A stretch of DNA of 64,000 nt from an uncultured delta proteobacterium (lineage in GTDB: Bacteria; Myxococcota; Myxococcia; Myxococcales; Myxococcaceae), in NCBI GenBank assembly GCA_963796055.1, contig CAWCKH010000004.1, positions 2,976,001 to 3,040,000 on the forward strand. Reading direction: 5' to 3'. Below the pieces are notes generated by a model. The model did no database searches. It was not told the DNA's origin and worked only from the letters and a program-made list of their open reading frames with translations. Positions 20,060 to 28,099 of this stretch are shown here, one piece after another. Numbering within the stretch: position 1 is the first letter of the stretch; each line of letters opens with the position of its first letter. Both the position numbers and the translations under genes were made by a program.

Positions 20060-20300
20060 ACGCTGGGACGCTGACTGGTGGATCACCGTCGCGGACCTGA
20101 ACGGGGACGGCCACAACGAGGTGATCGCCGCTGCGGGCGGAGCGTTCGTCGTCTTCCCGGGCGGGTCGGACGGCACGGTCGGCAGCGCCATCCGGTACCC
20201 GGTCCAGCAGGGTGCAACCTCGCTGGTGGCGGCCGACGTCGACGGCGATCGCGCTCCGGAGCTGGTGATGGCGGGAACTAGCACCACCCTCGAGCACGCC
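20060..20300 (+). pseudogene. FG-GAP/VCBS repeat fragment
   Basis: VADLNGDGHNEVI and AADVDGDRAPELV; no proper start; ends approximate. Confidence 0.7.
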
Positions 20301-20316
20301 TGCACCCGCGGGGCGG

Positions 20317-20448
20317 TCAAGGCGGCGTTCGGATCTCCGTCCCCCCGGGCGGCGGCGTGCCCCTTGCGTCCTTCGAGCCGCATCCCGAGAGTGCCGCTCC
20401 AGCCCAGGCGACGGCAGCTCCCAGGAACAACGCCTCGACGACCCTCAT
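20317..20448 (-). pseudogene. Truncated lipoprotein N-terminus
   Basis: GGAGGGG RBS; MRVVEALFLGAAVAWAGAALSGC lipobox; stops after 43 aa. Confidence 0.6.
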
Positions 20449-20484
20449 GACGGGTCCCCTCCGCGCCGGCATCCCCACAGGGCA

Positions 20485-20513
20485 CGTACGGAAGGTGCCG
20501 ACAGGACCGGCCA
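20485..20513 (-). promoter_or_regulatory. Putative ECF promoter copy 2
   Basis: TGGCCG-gtcctgtcggcacctt-CCGTACG upstream of the lipoprotein remnant. Confidence 0.72.
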
Positions 20514-20587
20514 GCCGGGCAGACGGAGCGTTGAAATCCCGCCATACTTCGGCGGGACGCTGCACCCTGGAACCTGCCGAACCGGCC

Positions 20588-21160
20588 GTGGACAACGCCG
20601 ACGCACCGCTGACCGATCTCCTTCAGCTCGCCGCCCGCGGTGAACCGGGTGCGCTGGACAAGGTCTTTGCCGTCCTCTACCCGGAGCTGCGGCAGATCGC
20701 GCACGCCCGGCTCCAATCACAGGGCGGCGTCGCGCACCTCGAGACGACCGCCCTCGTCCACGAGAGCTTCCTGCGTTTCGTGGAGGCGCAGCGGCTCGCG
20801 GTCACTGGCCGCAAGCACTTCTTCACCTATGCGGCGAAGACGATGCGGAACATCATCGTCGACTTCGCGCGCGAGCAGCTCGCCGAGCGCCGTGGGGGTG
20901 GCCAGCCCACGCTGGAACTCACCCCGACGCTCGCGGGCACGGTCCGCTCGGGCGACGGGGACGTCACGCTCATCCGCATCAACGACGCTCTCCTCGAGCT
21001 GGCGAAGGTGGACCCCCTCCTCACCCAGGTCGTGGAGATGAGGTACTTTGCCGGATACACCGAGGTCGAGATCGCCGAGCTGCTGGGCTCGTCCGAGCGC
21101 ACGGTGCGACGGCAGTGGGAGAAGGCCCGGGCCTTCCTGCTGGTCAGTCTCCAGCCCTAG
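20588..21160 (+). CDS. ECF sigma factor of the kinase-associated type
   Basis: LYPELRQIAH, LETTALVHESFLRF, HFFTYAAKTMRNIIVDFAR, RRGGG, VEMRYFAG, TVRRQWEKARAFL. Confidence 0.93.
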   Translation: MDNADAPLTDLLQLAARGEPGALDKVFAVLYPELRQIAHARLQSQGGVAHLETTALVHESFLRFVEAQRLAVTGRKHFFTYAAKTMRNIIVDFAREQLAERRGGGQPTLELTPTLAGTVRSGDGDVTLIRINDALLELAKVDPLLTQVVEMRYFAGYTEVEIAELLGSSERTVRRQWEKARAFLLVSLQP

Positions 21161-21165
21161 CAATC

Positions 21166-21194
21166 TGGCCGTTTCCGGAGCCGCGTTCCGTACG
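21166..21194 (+). promoter_or_regulatory. Putative ECF promoter copy 3
   Basis: TGGCCG-tttccggagccgcgtt-CCGTACG between the sigma gene stop and the kinase ATG. Confidence 0.75.
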
Positions 21195-21217
21195 TGGGAG
21201 GACGAGGCGGGAGTCCG

Positions 21218-24200
21218 ATGAACGTATCGCCCGAAACCTGGCACAGCCTCTCGAGCCTGCTCGACCAGGCGCTGGACCTCGCTCCGGACGGACGGGCGGC
21301 GTGGCTCGAGGGAGTGGCCCGGACGCAGCCCACACTCGTGCCGACCCTGGTCCGGCTGCTCGAGGCCCATGCCTCGGGCGAGAAGACGGACGTGCTCGGG
21401 AGCTCGCCGGCCGCGCCCTTCGCGGCGAGCATGCCCGGCGAGGAGAACGGCCTCGGGGCCGGCGATCGCGTGGGACCGTACCGTCTGCTGAGGCCGCTCG
21501 GCTCCGGCGGCATGGCGGACGTGTGGCTCGCGGAGCGGGACGACGGCGCGTTCGCCCGGGAGGTCGCGCTCAAGCTGCCGCTGGTGAGCCGGCTCCGGCG
21601 GGATCTCGCTGTCCGCTTCGCCCGTGAGCGGGACATCCTCGCCCGCCTCGAGCATCCGCACATCGCCCGCTTCTACGACGCCGGCGTCAGCACCGACGGG
21701 CTGCCATACCTCGCAATGGAGTACGTGGACGGACGTCCAATCACGACCTGGTGCGACGAGCACCGGGTGGACCTGGCGGCCCGGATCCAGCTCTTCGCTC
21801 AGGTGCTCTCCGCGGTGCAGTTCGCGCACGCCAACCTCGTCATCCACCGGGACCTCAAACCGTCGAACATCCTGGTCACGGACGACGGCCAGGTCCGTCT
21901 CCTCGACTTCGGAATTGCCAAGCTGCTCGCCGTTGACGAGGAGCGCGCTCCGGAGACCCAGCTGACCCGGTCGAGTGGTCGGGCGTTGACCCCGGAGTAC
22001 GCGAGCCCCGAGCAGATGCGGGGAGAGGCGCTGACGATCGCCAGCGACGTCTACTCGCTGGGGGTCGTCCTCTTCGAGGTCCTGGTCGGATCGCGCCCGT
22101 ACCGGCTGAAGATCGAATCGGCCGCCCAGCTGGAAGAGGCCATTCTCGCAGCGGACCCGCTCCGGCCGAGCGCGAGCGTGACCGACGCGGCCGCGGCATC
22201 GCGTGGAGTGTCGCCGAGCCGTCTGGCGAAACAGCTCGCCGGGGACCTGGACACGATCGTTCTCAAGGCGCTGGCCAAGGCGCCCGCCGCCCGGTACGCG
22301 ACCGCGCTGGCGCTGGCCGAGGACCTGGAGCGCCACCTGCGCGGTCTGCCGGTCCTCGCACAGCGGCCTTCGGCCTGGTACCGGCTGCGCAAGTTCGTGG
22401 GCCGGAACCGCTGGCCAGTGGTCATCGGCGCCGGCGCCGCGTCGGCGCTGATCGCCGCGACGGCCATCGCCCTGGCGCAGGCGCATCGTGCGACCGAACA
22501 GCAGCGCGTTGCCCAGGAGGAGGCCCGCAAGGCGACGGCCGTGAAGGACTTCCTCGTGGAGTTCCTCGGGGTCGCGGACCCGGCGGGGACGAGTGGGAAG
22601 CCTCCGGGACAGATCACGCTGCAGGAGGCGATCGACGGCGCCACCGGCCGGATCGGATCAGCGCTCGCGGACCAGCCGGAGGCGAAGATGGCGGTCCTCG
22701 AAGCTCTGTCATCCGTCTACGAGTCGCTGGACAAGAACGAACGGAGCGCCGCCTTGCTCCGTGATGCGCTCGCCCTGTCGGAGCGTCACGACGGCGTCCC
22801 TCATCCGAACCAGGCGCGCTTCCTGATGGAGATCGCCAACATCGAGATGTTCGCCGGCCGGTCCGAGGAGTCGGGGCGCTGGCTCGACCGGGCCGAGTCA
22901 GTCTTTCGGGCGCTGGGCGACACGACGTCGCGCGCCTTCGCCAGTGCACTGAAGCTCCGTGGCAACCTCCTCCGGCGCGGTCCGGCGCCCGACTTCCAGA
23001 GTGCGACGGTGCTGCTCGAGCGATCGGCGGCGCTCTTCCGGACGCGCTACCCGCATGATGAAGGAAGGCTGGGCGCGCTGTTCTATCTGGCCCAGACTCT
23101 GCGGTCGGTCGATGCGGCGGACCGCGCGGAGGCAATTGCCGACGAGGCGGTCGCCCTGGCGGGAGAGTCGAAGATGCCGGGCTTCGACATCCCGAATGCG
23201 TACTCGCTCAGGGCGGCGATCCGGGAGAGCAACGGCGACCTCCGTGGGGCGGACACCGACTATGCGGCGGCGACCACTTTTTACGAGAAGAGCGTCGGCG
23301 ACGCGCATTTCCTCACCCTGCAGAACGCCGGACTGCACGGGATGACCCTGCTTGAGATGGGTCAACGGGACCGCGGACTGCAGATGATCGAGACGTCCAC
23401 TGCGTTGCTGGCGAAGACGCGCACCGGCAGCAACACCCACGCGGCGGCGGTGGAGCGGCTCGGGATCGCCTACGTCCTCGTCGGCAGCTTCGAGCGGGCG
23501 GATCCGCTGCTCGAGGAGGCGCGCACGCTCCTTGGAACGCGCCACGACGACCTCGTTCGGACCGGCCCCACCGTGTACCTGGCCGTCGCCCGTGCGGAGC
23601 GCGGCCGGTACCAGGAGGCGCGAGCGCTGCTGGACGAGGCGCTCGCGGTGCGTCGCGATCGGGCACACGTCTCGTGGCTTCCGGTCGCCGAGGTCCACCT
23701 CACCAAGGGCCTGGTCGCGCTCGACGAGGAGGATGCAGCCGTCGCCCGGACCGAGCTGGAGCGGGCCGTCACGCTGTCGGCCACGCGGACGCGCGGAGAC
23801 CTCTCCCGTCGCGCGCTGGCGTATGCCGGCCTGGCCACCGCGGCACAGCTCGTCGGGGACGGAGACGCGGCGCGGGCGGCCGCCGATCGCGCGGGAACCT
23901 TCGCCGCCGAGCCGTCGTTGAGCCAGATCCCGCTGCTGCAGGCGACGGTGGTCGAGGCGAAGGGGACGAGCCTCTGCCGATCCGGGCGGGCGCAGGAGGG
24001 GGAGCCGCTGCTGGCACGCGCCGCGGCGAGCGAGGCGGAGCTGTTCTCGCCCGGAAGCCCGCTGCTGGCGCGGGCGTGGCTGCTCCATGCCGAGTGCCTG
24101 GCGGCGCTCGGGCGCATCGGTGAGGCGCGCGCGCGTGTGGAGGCAGCCGCGAAGCTCCTCGCACCCGACGGGACCGCGCCGCACCTCCGGTCGCTCCTGG

Positions 24201-24244
24201 CGCACGTGCGGGCGCGCCTGGCGAGGCCCGGGCCCGGGCCGTAG
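21218..24244 (+). CDS. Hanks-type Ser/Thr kinase with one TM helix and TPR-like C-terminus
   Basis: GSGGMADV, VALK, HRDLKPSN, DFG, TPEYASPE, SDVYSLG; TM WPVVIGAGAASALIAATAIALA; helical repeats. Confidence 0.95.
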   Translation: MNVSPETWHSLSSLLDQALDLAPDGRAAWLEGVARTQPTLVPTLVRLLEAHASGEKTDVLGSSPAAPFAASMPGEENGLGAGDRVGPYRLLRPLGSGGMADVWLAERDDGAFAREVALKLPLVSRLRRDLAVRFARERDILARLEHPHIARFYDAGVSTDGLPYLAMEYVDGRPITTWCDEHRVDLAARIQLFAQVLSAVQFAHANLVIHRDLKPSNILVTDDGQVRLLDFGIAKLLAVDEERAPETQLTRSSGRALTPEYASPEQMRGEALTIASDVYSLGVVLFEVLVGSRPYRLKIESAAQLEEAILAADPLRPSASVTDAAAASRGVSPSRLAKQLAGDLDTIVLKALAKAPAARYATALALAEDLERHLRGLPVLAQRPSAWYRLRKFVGRNRWPVVIGAGAASALIAATAIALAQAHRATEQQRVAQEEARKATAVKDFLVEFLGVADPAGTSGKPPGQITLQEAIDGATGRIGSALADQPEAKMAVLEALSSVYESLDKNERSAALLRDALALSERHDGVPHPNQARFLMEIANIEMFAGRSEESGRWLDRAESVFRALGDTTSRAFASALKLRGNLLRRGPAPDFQSATVLLERSAALFRTRYPHDEGRLGALFYLAQTLRSVDAADRAEAIADEAVALAGESKMPGFDIPNAYSLRAAIRESNGDLRGADTDYAAATTFYEKSVGDAHFLTLQNAGLHGMTLLEMGQRDRGLQMIETSTALLAKTRTGSNTHAAAVERLGIAYVLVGSFERADPLLEEARTLLGTRHDDLVRTGPTVYLAVARAERGRYQEARALLDEALAVRRDRAHVSWLPVAEVHLTKGLVALDEEDAAVARTELERAVTLSATRTRGDLSRRALAYAGLATAAQLVGDGDAARAAADRAGTFAAEPSLSQIPLLQATVVEAKGTSLCRSGRAQEGEPLLARAAASEAELFSPGSPLLARAWLLHAECLAALGRIGEARARVEAAAKLLAPDGTAPHLRSLLAHVRARLARPGPGP

Positions 24245-24408
24245 GCGGTCGGCAGAGCGGCTGCCACTCCGGGGGGCGACATGCGTCGTCTGGGTGTGTC
24301 TGGGGTGTGGAGGCTCGAGCGTCATCTCCACACGAGATCAAAGCCACCCGCGAGCTGACCGGTGCACATCTAATCCCGTCGAAGAGCCGCCCGTCACCGC
24401 CGAGACCA

Positions 24409-24470
24409 GCCAGCGCAACATAGGCGCAACATGATCGAATCAAACTTTGTAAGTTGCTGAATTATTTATT
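24409..24470. promoter_or_regulatory. Arm-type repeats and AT-rich IHF-like site beside the att core
   Basis: GCGCAACA-TA-GGCGCAACA then TAAGTTGCTGAATTATTTATT in an otherwise very GC-rich context. Confidence 0.7.
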
Positions 24471-24477
24471 GAAAAAG

Positions 24478-24548
24478 CTGGGGAACTAGGATTCGAACCT
24501 AGATAGACAGATCCAGAGTCTGCCGTCCTGCCGTTAGACGATTCCCCA
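24478..24548 (-). tRNA. tRNA-Gln (CTG), CCA not encoded
   Basis: TGGGGAATCGTCTAACGGCAGGACGGCAGACT-CTG-GATCTGTCTATCTAGGTTCGAATCCTAGTTCCCCAG folds as a cloverleaf. Confidence 0.97.
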
Positions 24549-24554
24549 AGACCA

Positions 24555-24902
24555 CTACTTCTTCGGTGCCTGCTTCTTCTTCGGCGCCTTCGCCGGGACA
24601 CCTTCCGGCGGAACGACGTACACCCTGACTTCCTCGTTGGCCTCGTAGACGTTGAGGCCCGCCCAACCCTTGCCAGCCGGGTTGGCGATGTGGATCGCCT
24701 TCACCCCCGGCTGGTTGACGATCAGCCGGCGGGGGTGCGTCGCCGTCGGGTAGACCGTCTTGAAGTACTTCAGCGTGTTTTCCCAGTCCTGCGGAACCCG
24801 GTACCGCCGCTCGCCCACCTTGGAGGACTTGTCCGGCAGCTGCACGCCGTCCAGGAGCTCCGCCCGTGCCGTGCCGGCCAGCATCAGCACCGCCACGGCC
24901 AC
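24555..24902 (-). CDS. Small secreted hypothetical protein
   Basis: Signal-peptide-like AVAVLMLAGTARA; Lys-rich tail; start uncertain (GTG 24902 or ATG 24884). Confidence 0.75.
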   Translation of the reverse strand: MAVAVLMLAGTARAELLDGVQLPDKSSKVGERRYRVPQDWENTLKYFKTVYPTATHPRRLIVNQPGVKAIHIANPAGKGWAGLNVYEANEEVRVYVVPPEGVPAKAPKKKQAPKK

Positions 24903-24923
24903 CGCCGCCCACGCGGAGAGCGG

Positions 24924-24952
24924 CTTATAGGAACCGACTTTTGGGGTGTCAA
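24924..24952 (-). promoter_or_regulatory. Sigma70-type promoter
   Basis: TTGACA-17 nt-TATAAG followed by a GC-rich discriminator. Confidence 0.8.
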
Positions 24953-24976
24953 GACGAGCCACGGGAACCCCCGAAT

Positions 24977-26395
24977 CTAGCGCAGCGCCACGTCGATCCG
25001 ACCCAGCGCCTCGTCCTTGCCGAGCAGCTCCAGCGTCTCTCCGATCGGCGGGCTGACGGTCGACCCCGTGACAGCCACCCGGATCGGCTGGGCCACCTTG
25101 CCCAGTCCCACCCCCGCCGACTCGGCCAGTGACTTGAGCACCGGGTCGATGGCCGACGCGGCCCACGGACTCAGCGGAGCGAGCGCCTCCCGAGCCTTCC
25201 GGAGCAGCGCCTTTCCCGCGTCGTCCAGATGCTTGGCCACGGCCTTGGGGTCCATCTCCGCACGGACGAAGAACGGCCGTGCCAGCTCCGCCATCTCCAC
25301 CAGAGTCTTGCTTCGCTCGCGCAGCGCGACGACGACGCGCGGAAGCCGCGGGTCCCCGGCGGCGTTCACCCCGCGCTCCGCCAGGAACGGGACCAGCCGC
25401 TGCGCCACGTCCGCCTCGGGCAAGGTCTTGAGGTAGTGCTGGTTGAGCCAGAGCAGCTTCTCGGGGTTCCACACCCCCGAGGTGCTTCCCACGTGGTCGA
25501 AGCCGAACCACTGGACCATCTGCTCGCGGGAGATGATCTCCTCGTTCCCATGGCTCCACCCCAGCCGCACGATGAAGTTCAGCAGCGCCTCGGGGAGGAT
25601 GCCGTTCTTCTTGTGCAGCATCACGTCCGCCTCGGGGTGGCGGCGCTTGCTGAGCTTCTCGCGGTCCGGGCCGAGGATCAGCGGTAGGTGCGCGAAGTCC
25701 GGCGTCTTCCAGCCCAGCGCCCGGTAGACCAGGAGCTGCGGAAAGGTGGAGTTGATGTGCTCCTGGCCCCGGATGACCAGGGTGATCTCCATCGCGTGGT
25801 CGTCCACCACCGCGCCGAAGTTGTAGAGCGGGATGCCGTCGGCCCGGAGCATCACGAAGTCGTCCAGGTCGCTGGTCTGCTTGGAGATCCTCCCGATGAC
25901 CCGGTCCTCGAAGGTCAGCGTCTCGTCCGCGTCCGGCATCCGGAAGCGCACCACCGCGGTGCGGCCCGGTACCGGCTCCGTCCGGTTCCGGCAAGTCCCC
26001 TCGTACTTGTAGGGCCGCTTCTGCCGTTCGAAGACCTTCCGCCGCTCCTCCAGCTCCTCCTTGGTGCAGTAGCAGAGGTACGCCTTCTTCTCGGCGACCA
26101 GCCGGTCCGCCGCCGCCCGGTACGTCGCCAGCCGCTCGGTCTGGAAGTAGGGTGCATAGGGTCCGCCCACCTCGGGACCCTCGTCCCAGTCGAGCCCCAG
26201 CCACCGCAGGCCGTCGAGGATCGCCTGCACCGACTCGACGGTCGACCGCTCGCGGTCCGTGTCCTCGACCCTCAGGACGAAGCGGCCGTGCTCGCGCCGG
26301 GCCTCCAGCCAGTTGAAGAGCGCGGTGCGTGCGCCGCCGATGTGCAGGTAGCCGGTGGGCGAGGGGGCGAACCGGACTCGGGGGGGTGTGGCCAT
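24977..26395 (-). CDS. gltX: Glutamate--tRNA ligase
   Basis: RFAPSPTGYLHIGG, RVEDTDRER, KLSKR. Confidence 0.98.
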   Translation of the reverse strand: MATPPRVRFAPSPTGYLHIGGARTALFNWLEARREHGRFVLRVEDTDRERSTVESVQAILDGLRWLGLDWDEGPEVGGPYAPYFQTERLATYRAAADRLVAEKKAYLCYCTKEELEERRKVFERQKRPYKYEGTCRNRTEPVPGRTAVVRFRMPDADETLTFEDRVIGRISKQTSDLDDFVMLRADGIPLYNFGAVVDDHAMEITLVIRGQEHINSTFPQLLVYRALGWKTPDFAHLPLILGPDREKLSKRRHPEADVMLHKKNGILPEALLNFIVRLGWSHGNEEIISREQMVQWFGFDHVGSTSGVWNPEKLLWLNQHYLKTLPEADVAQRLVPFLAERGVNAAGDPRLPRVVVALRERSKTLVEMAELARPFFVRAEMDPKAVAKHLDDAGKALLRKAREALAPLSPWAASAIDPVLKSLAESAGVGLGKVAQPIRVAVTGSTVSPPIGETLELLGKDEALGRIDVALR

Positions 26396-26475
26396 GCGGA
26401 GCCCGCGGGATTAACAGCGCCGCCCCCGGGGGGTCAACGCACGCACAGGGGTTCCCGTGCTACGCGTGCGAGGAC

Positions 26476-27354
26476 GTGAGAGTTCTCGCCGTCCTCGTCG
26501 CCGCCGTCGCGGCCCTGGTCACCGGCTCGACCATCCCCTACGTGCGCAGCCGGACGGACCGGAACGCTCCCGACGGTGGACACTGCCTGGGCTGGCCGGC
26601 AGGAACGGTCGAGTTCCGTGAGAATGTCGACAGCGCCCCGGATGCCGGAGAGGCCGGTTTCACCGCCATGGAACGTTCGCTCGGGACGTGGGCGACACAG
26701 ATGGATGCCTGCGGCAATCTCACATTGAGCATGGGCCCGAGGATCACCACCCGCACCACCGGCTTCGACGACACCCAGGGCGCGGTCAACGAGAACGTGC
26801 TGCTCTTTCGCACCCGGCTGTGCAGCCAGGTGGTCCGGCCTGGTGACCCCTGCCTCGCCGACGGGACCTGCTCCAACGTGCACGACTGCTGGGACTTCGC
26901 ATCCGGGACGCTGGCCATCACCACCACCACGTACAACACCCGCACCGGCCGGCTCTACGACGCAGATCTGGAGATGAACGCCAGCGTCCACCGCTTCACC
27001 ACCGTGGACGCGCCGCCCTGCAGCGGCTTGGACATGATCGGCTGCGTGTCCACCGACGTGCAGAACACCGTCACCCACGAGTTCGGCCACGCGCTGGGGC
27101 TCGCCCACTCGCCCGATCCACACTCCACCATGTTCGCCGGGGCCGAGCTGGGGGAGACCTCGAAGCGGGTGCTGGACGACGGCAGCGTCGAGTTCGTCTG
27201 CACCGCGTACCCTGCGGGCGGTCCGACCCTGGACTGCGACGGCACGCCGCTCGACCTCACCAACGCCGCCGGCTCGTGCACCGTCGCGCCCACCGGACCG
27301 TTCGCGATCCTCACCCTGGCGCTCGCCGGACTGCGCCGTCGAGGGGGCGGGTGA
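26476..27354 (+). CDS. Myxosortase-dependent matrixin-like metalloprotease
   Basis: HEFGHALGLAHS, STM Met-turn; C-terminal GSC-hydrophobic-RRR (MYXO-CTERM). Confidence 0.9.
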   Translation: MRVLAVLVAAVAALVTGSTIPYVRSRTDRNAPDGGHCLGWPAGTVEFRENVDSAPDAGEAGFTAMERSLGTWATQMDACGNLTLSMGPRITTRTTGFDDTQGAVNENVLLFRTRLCSQVVRPGDPCLADGTCSNVHDCWDFASGTLAITTTTYNTRTGRLYDADLEMNASVHRFTTVDAPPCSGLDMIGCVSTDVQNTVTHEFGHALGLAHSPDPHSTMFAGAELGETSKRVLDDGSVEFVCTAYPAGGPTLDCDGTPLDLTNAAGSCTVAPTGPFAILTLALAGLRRRGGG

Positions 27355-28070
27355 TGGCGGCGATCGCCTTCTTCGACTTCGACGAGACCCTCATCGTCGG
27401 CAACTCCGGCCGGCTGTGGATCCGCCGCGAGCTGAAGGAGGGGAACATCTCCCACTCCCAGTTCCTCCGCGCCGCGGTGTGGATGCTCCGCTACAAGCTG
27501 GGCTGGGCCTCGATGGACGATGCGCTCCGGACCGCCATCGGCTCGCTGCGCGGCCAGACCGAGCAGGCGCTCCGCGCCCGCACCCGCGCCTTCTACGAGA
27601 CCGAGGTTCGGATGCTCTACCGCACCGGTGCCCGGCCGGCGCTGGAGCGACACCGGGCCCGCGGCGACGCCATCGTGCTCTTGACCGCCTCCTCGCTGTA
27701 CCTCTCCGAGCTGGTGGCCGAGGAGCTCGGCTTCGACGACGTGCTCTGCAACCGCTTCGAGGTGGACGCGGGGGGCACCCACACCGGCCGGCCGGTGGGC
27801 AGCCTGTGCTTCGGCGCCGGAAAGCTGGGGTATGCCGAGGCGTACGCCAGGCAGCGGGGGGTGTCGCTCTCCGACTGCTGGTTCTACACTGACAGCTACT
27901 CGGACCTTCCGGTCCTGGAGCGCCTCGGCCATCCGGTGGTGGTGAATCCGGACCCGAGGCTCCGCCCGGAGGCCGAGCGGCGCGGCTGGCCGATCGAGTG
28001 GTGGGGAGAGGCACTGTCCGGGGCCGACCCGGGCGCGTCGATGTTCCAGGGGTCGCAGCAGGAGGGGTGA
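27354..28070 (+). CDS. HAD-IB family hydrolase
   Basis: FFDFDETL, LLTAS, K, YTDSYSDLP, VNPD. Confidence 0.92.
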   Translation: MAAIAFFDFDETLIVGNSGRLWIRRELKEGNISHSQFLRAAVWMLRYKLGWASMDDALRTAIGSLRGQTEQALRARTRAFYETEVRMLYRTGARPALERHRARGDAIVLLTASSLYLSELVAEELGFDDVLCNRFEVDAGGTHTGRPVGSLCFGAGKLGYAEAYARQRGVSLSDCWFYTDSYSDLPVLERLGHPVVVNPDPRLRPEAERRGWPIEWWGEALSGADPGASMFQGSQQEG

Positions 28071-28099
28071 CTCGCCTGCTAGGCTCGAAGGTCTCCTCC

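Larger units (their letters stand above)
17496..24497. mobile_element. ~7-kb integrated element at tRNA-Gln, no integrase
   Basis: 22-bp direct repeats at both ends; arm-type repeats at 17638-17660 and 24412-24434. Confidence 0.85.

Noticed and set aside
21194..21217. GTG 21194 as the kinase start
   Set aside because: Overlaps the putative -10 box; ATG 21218 has a GGGAG RBS
1..24500. Integron, retron, DGR or named defence system in the island
   Set aside because: No integrase, reverse transcriptase, attC pattern or recognisable defence domains seen
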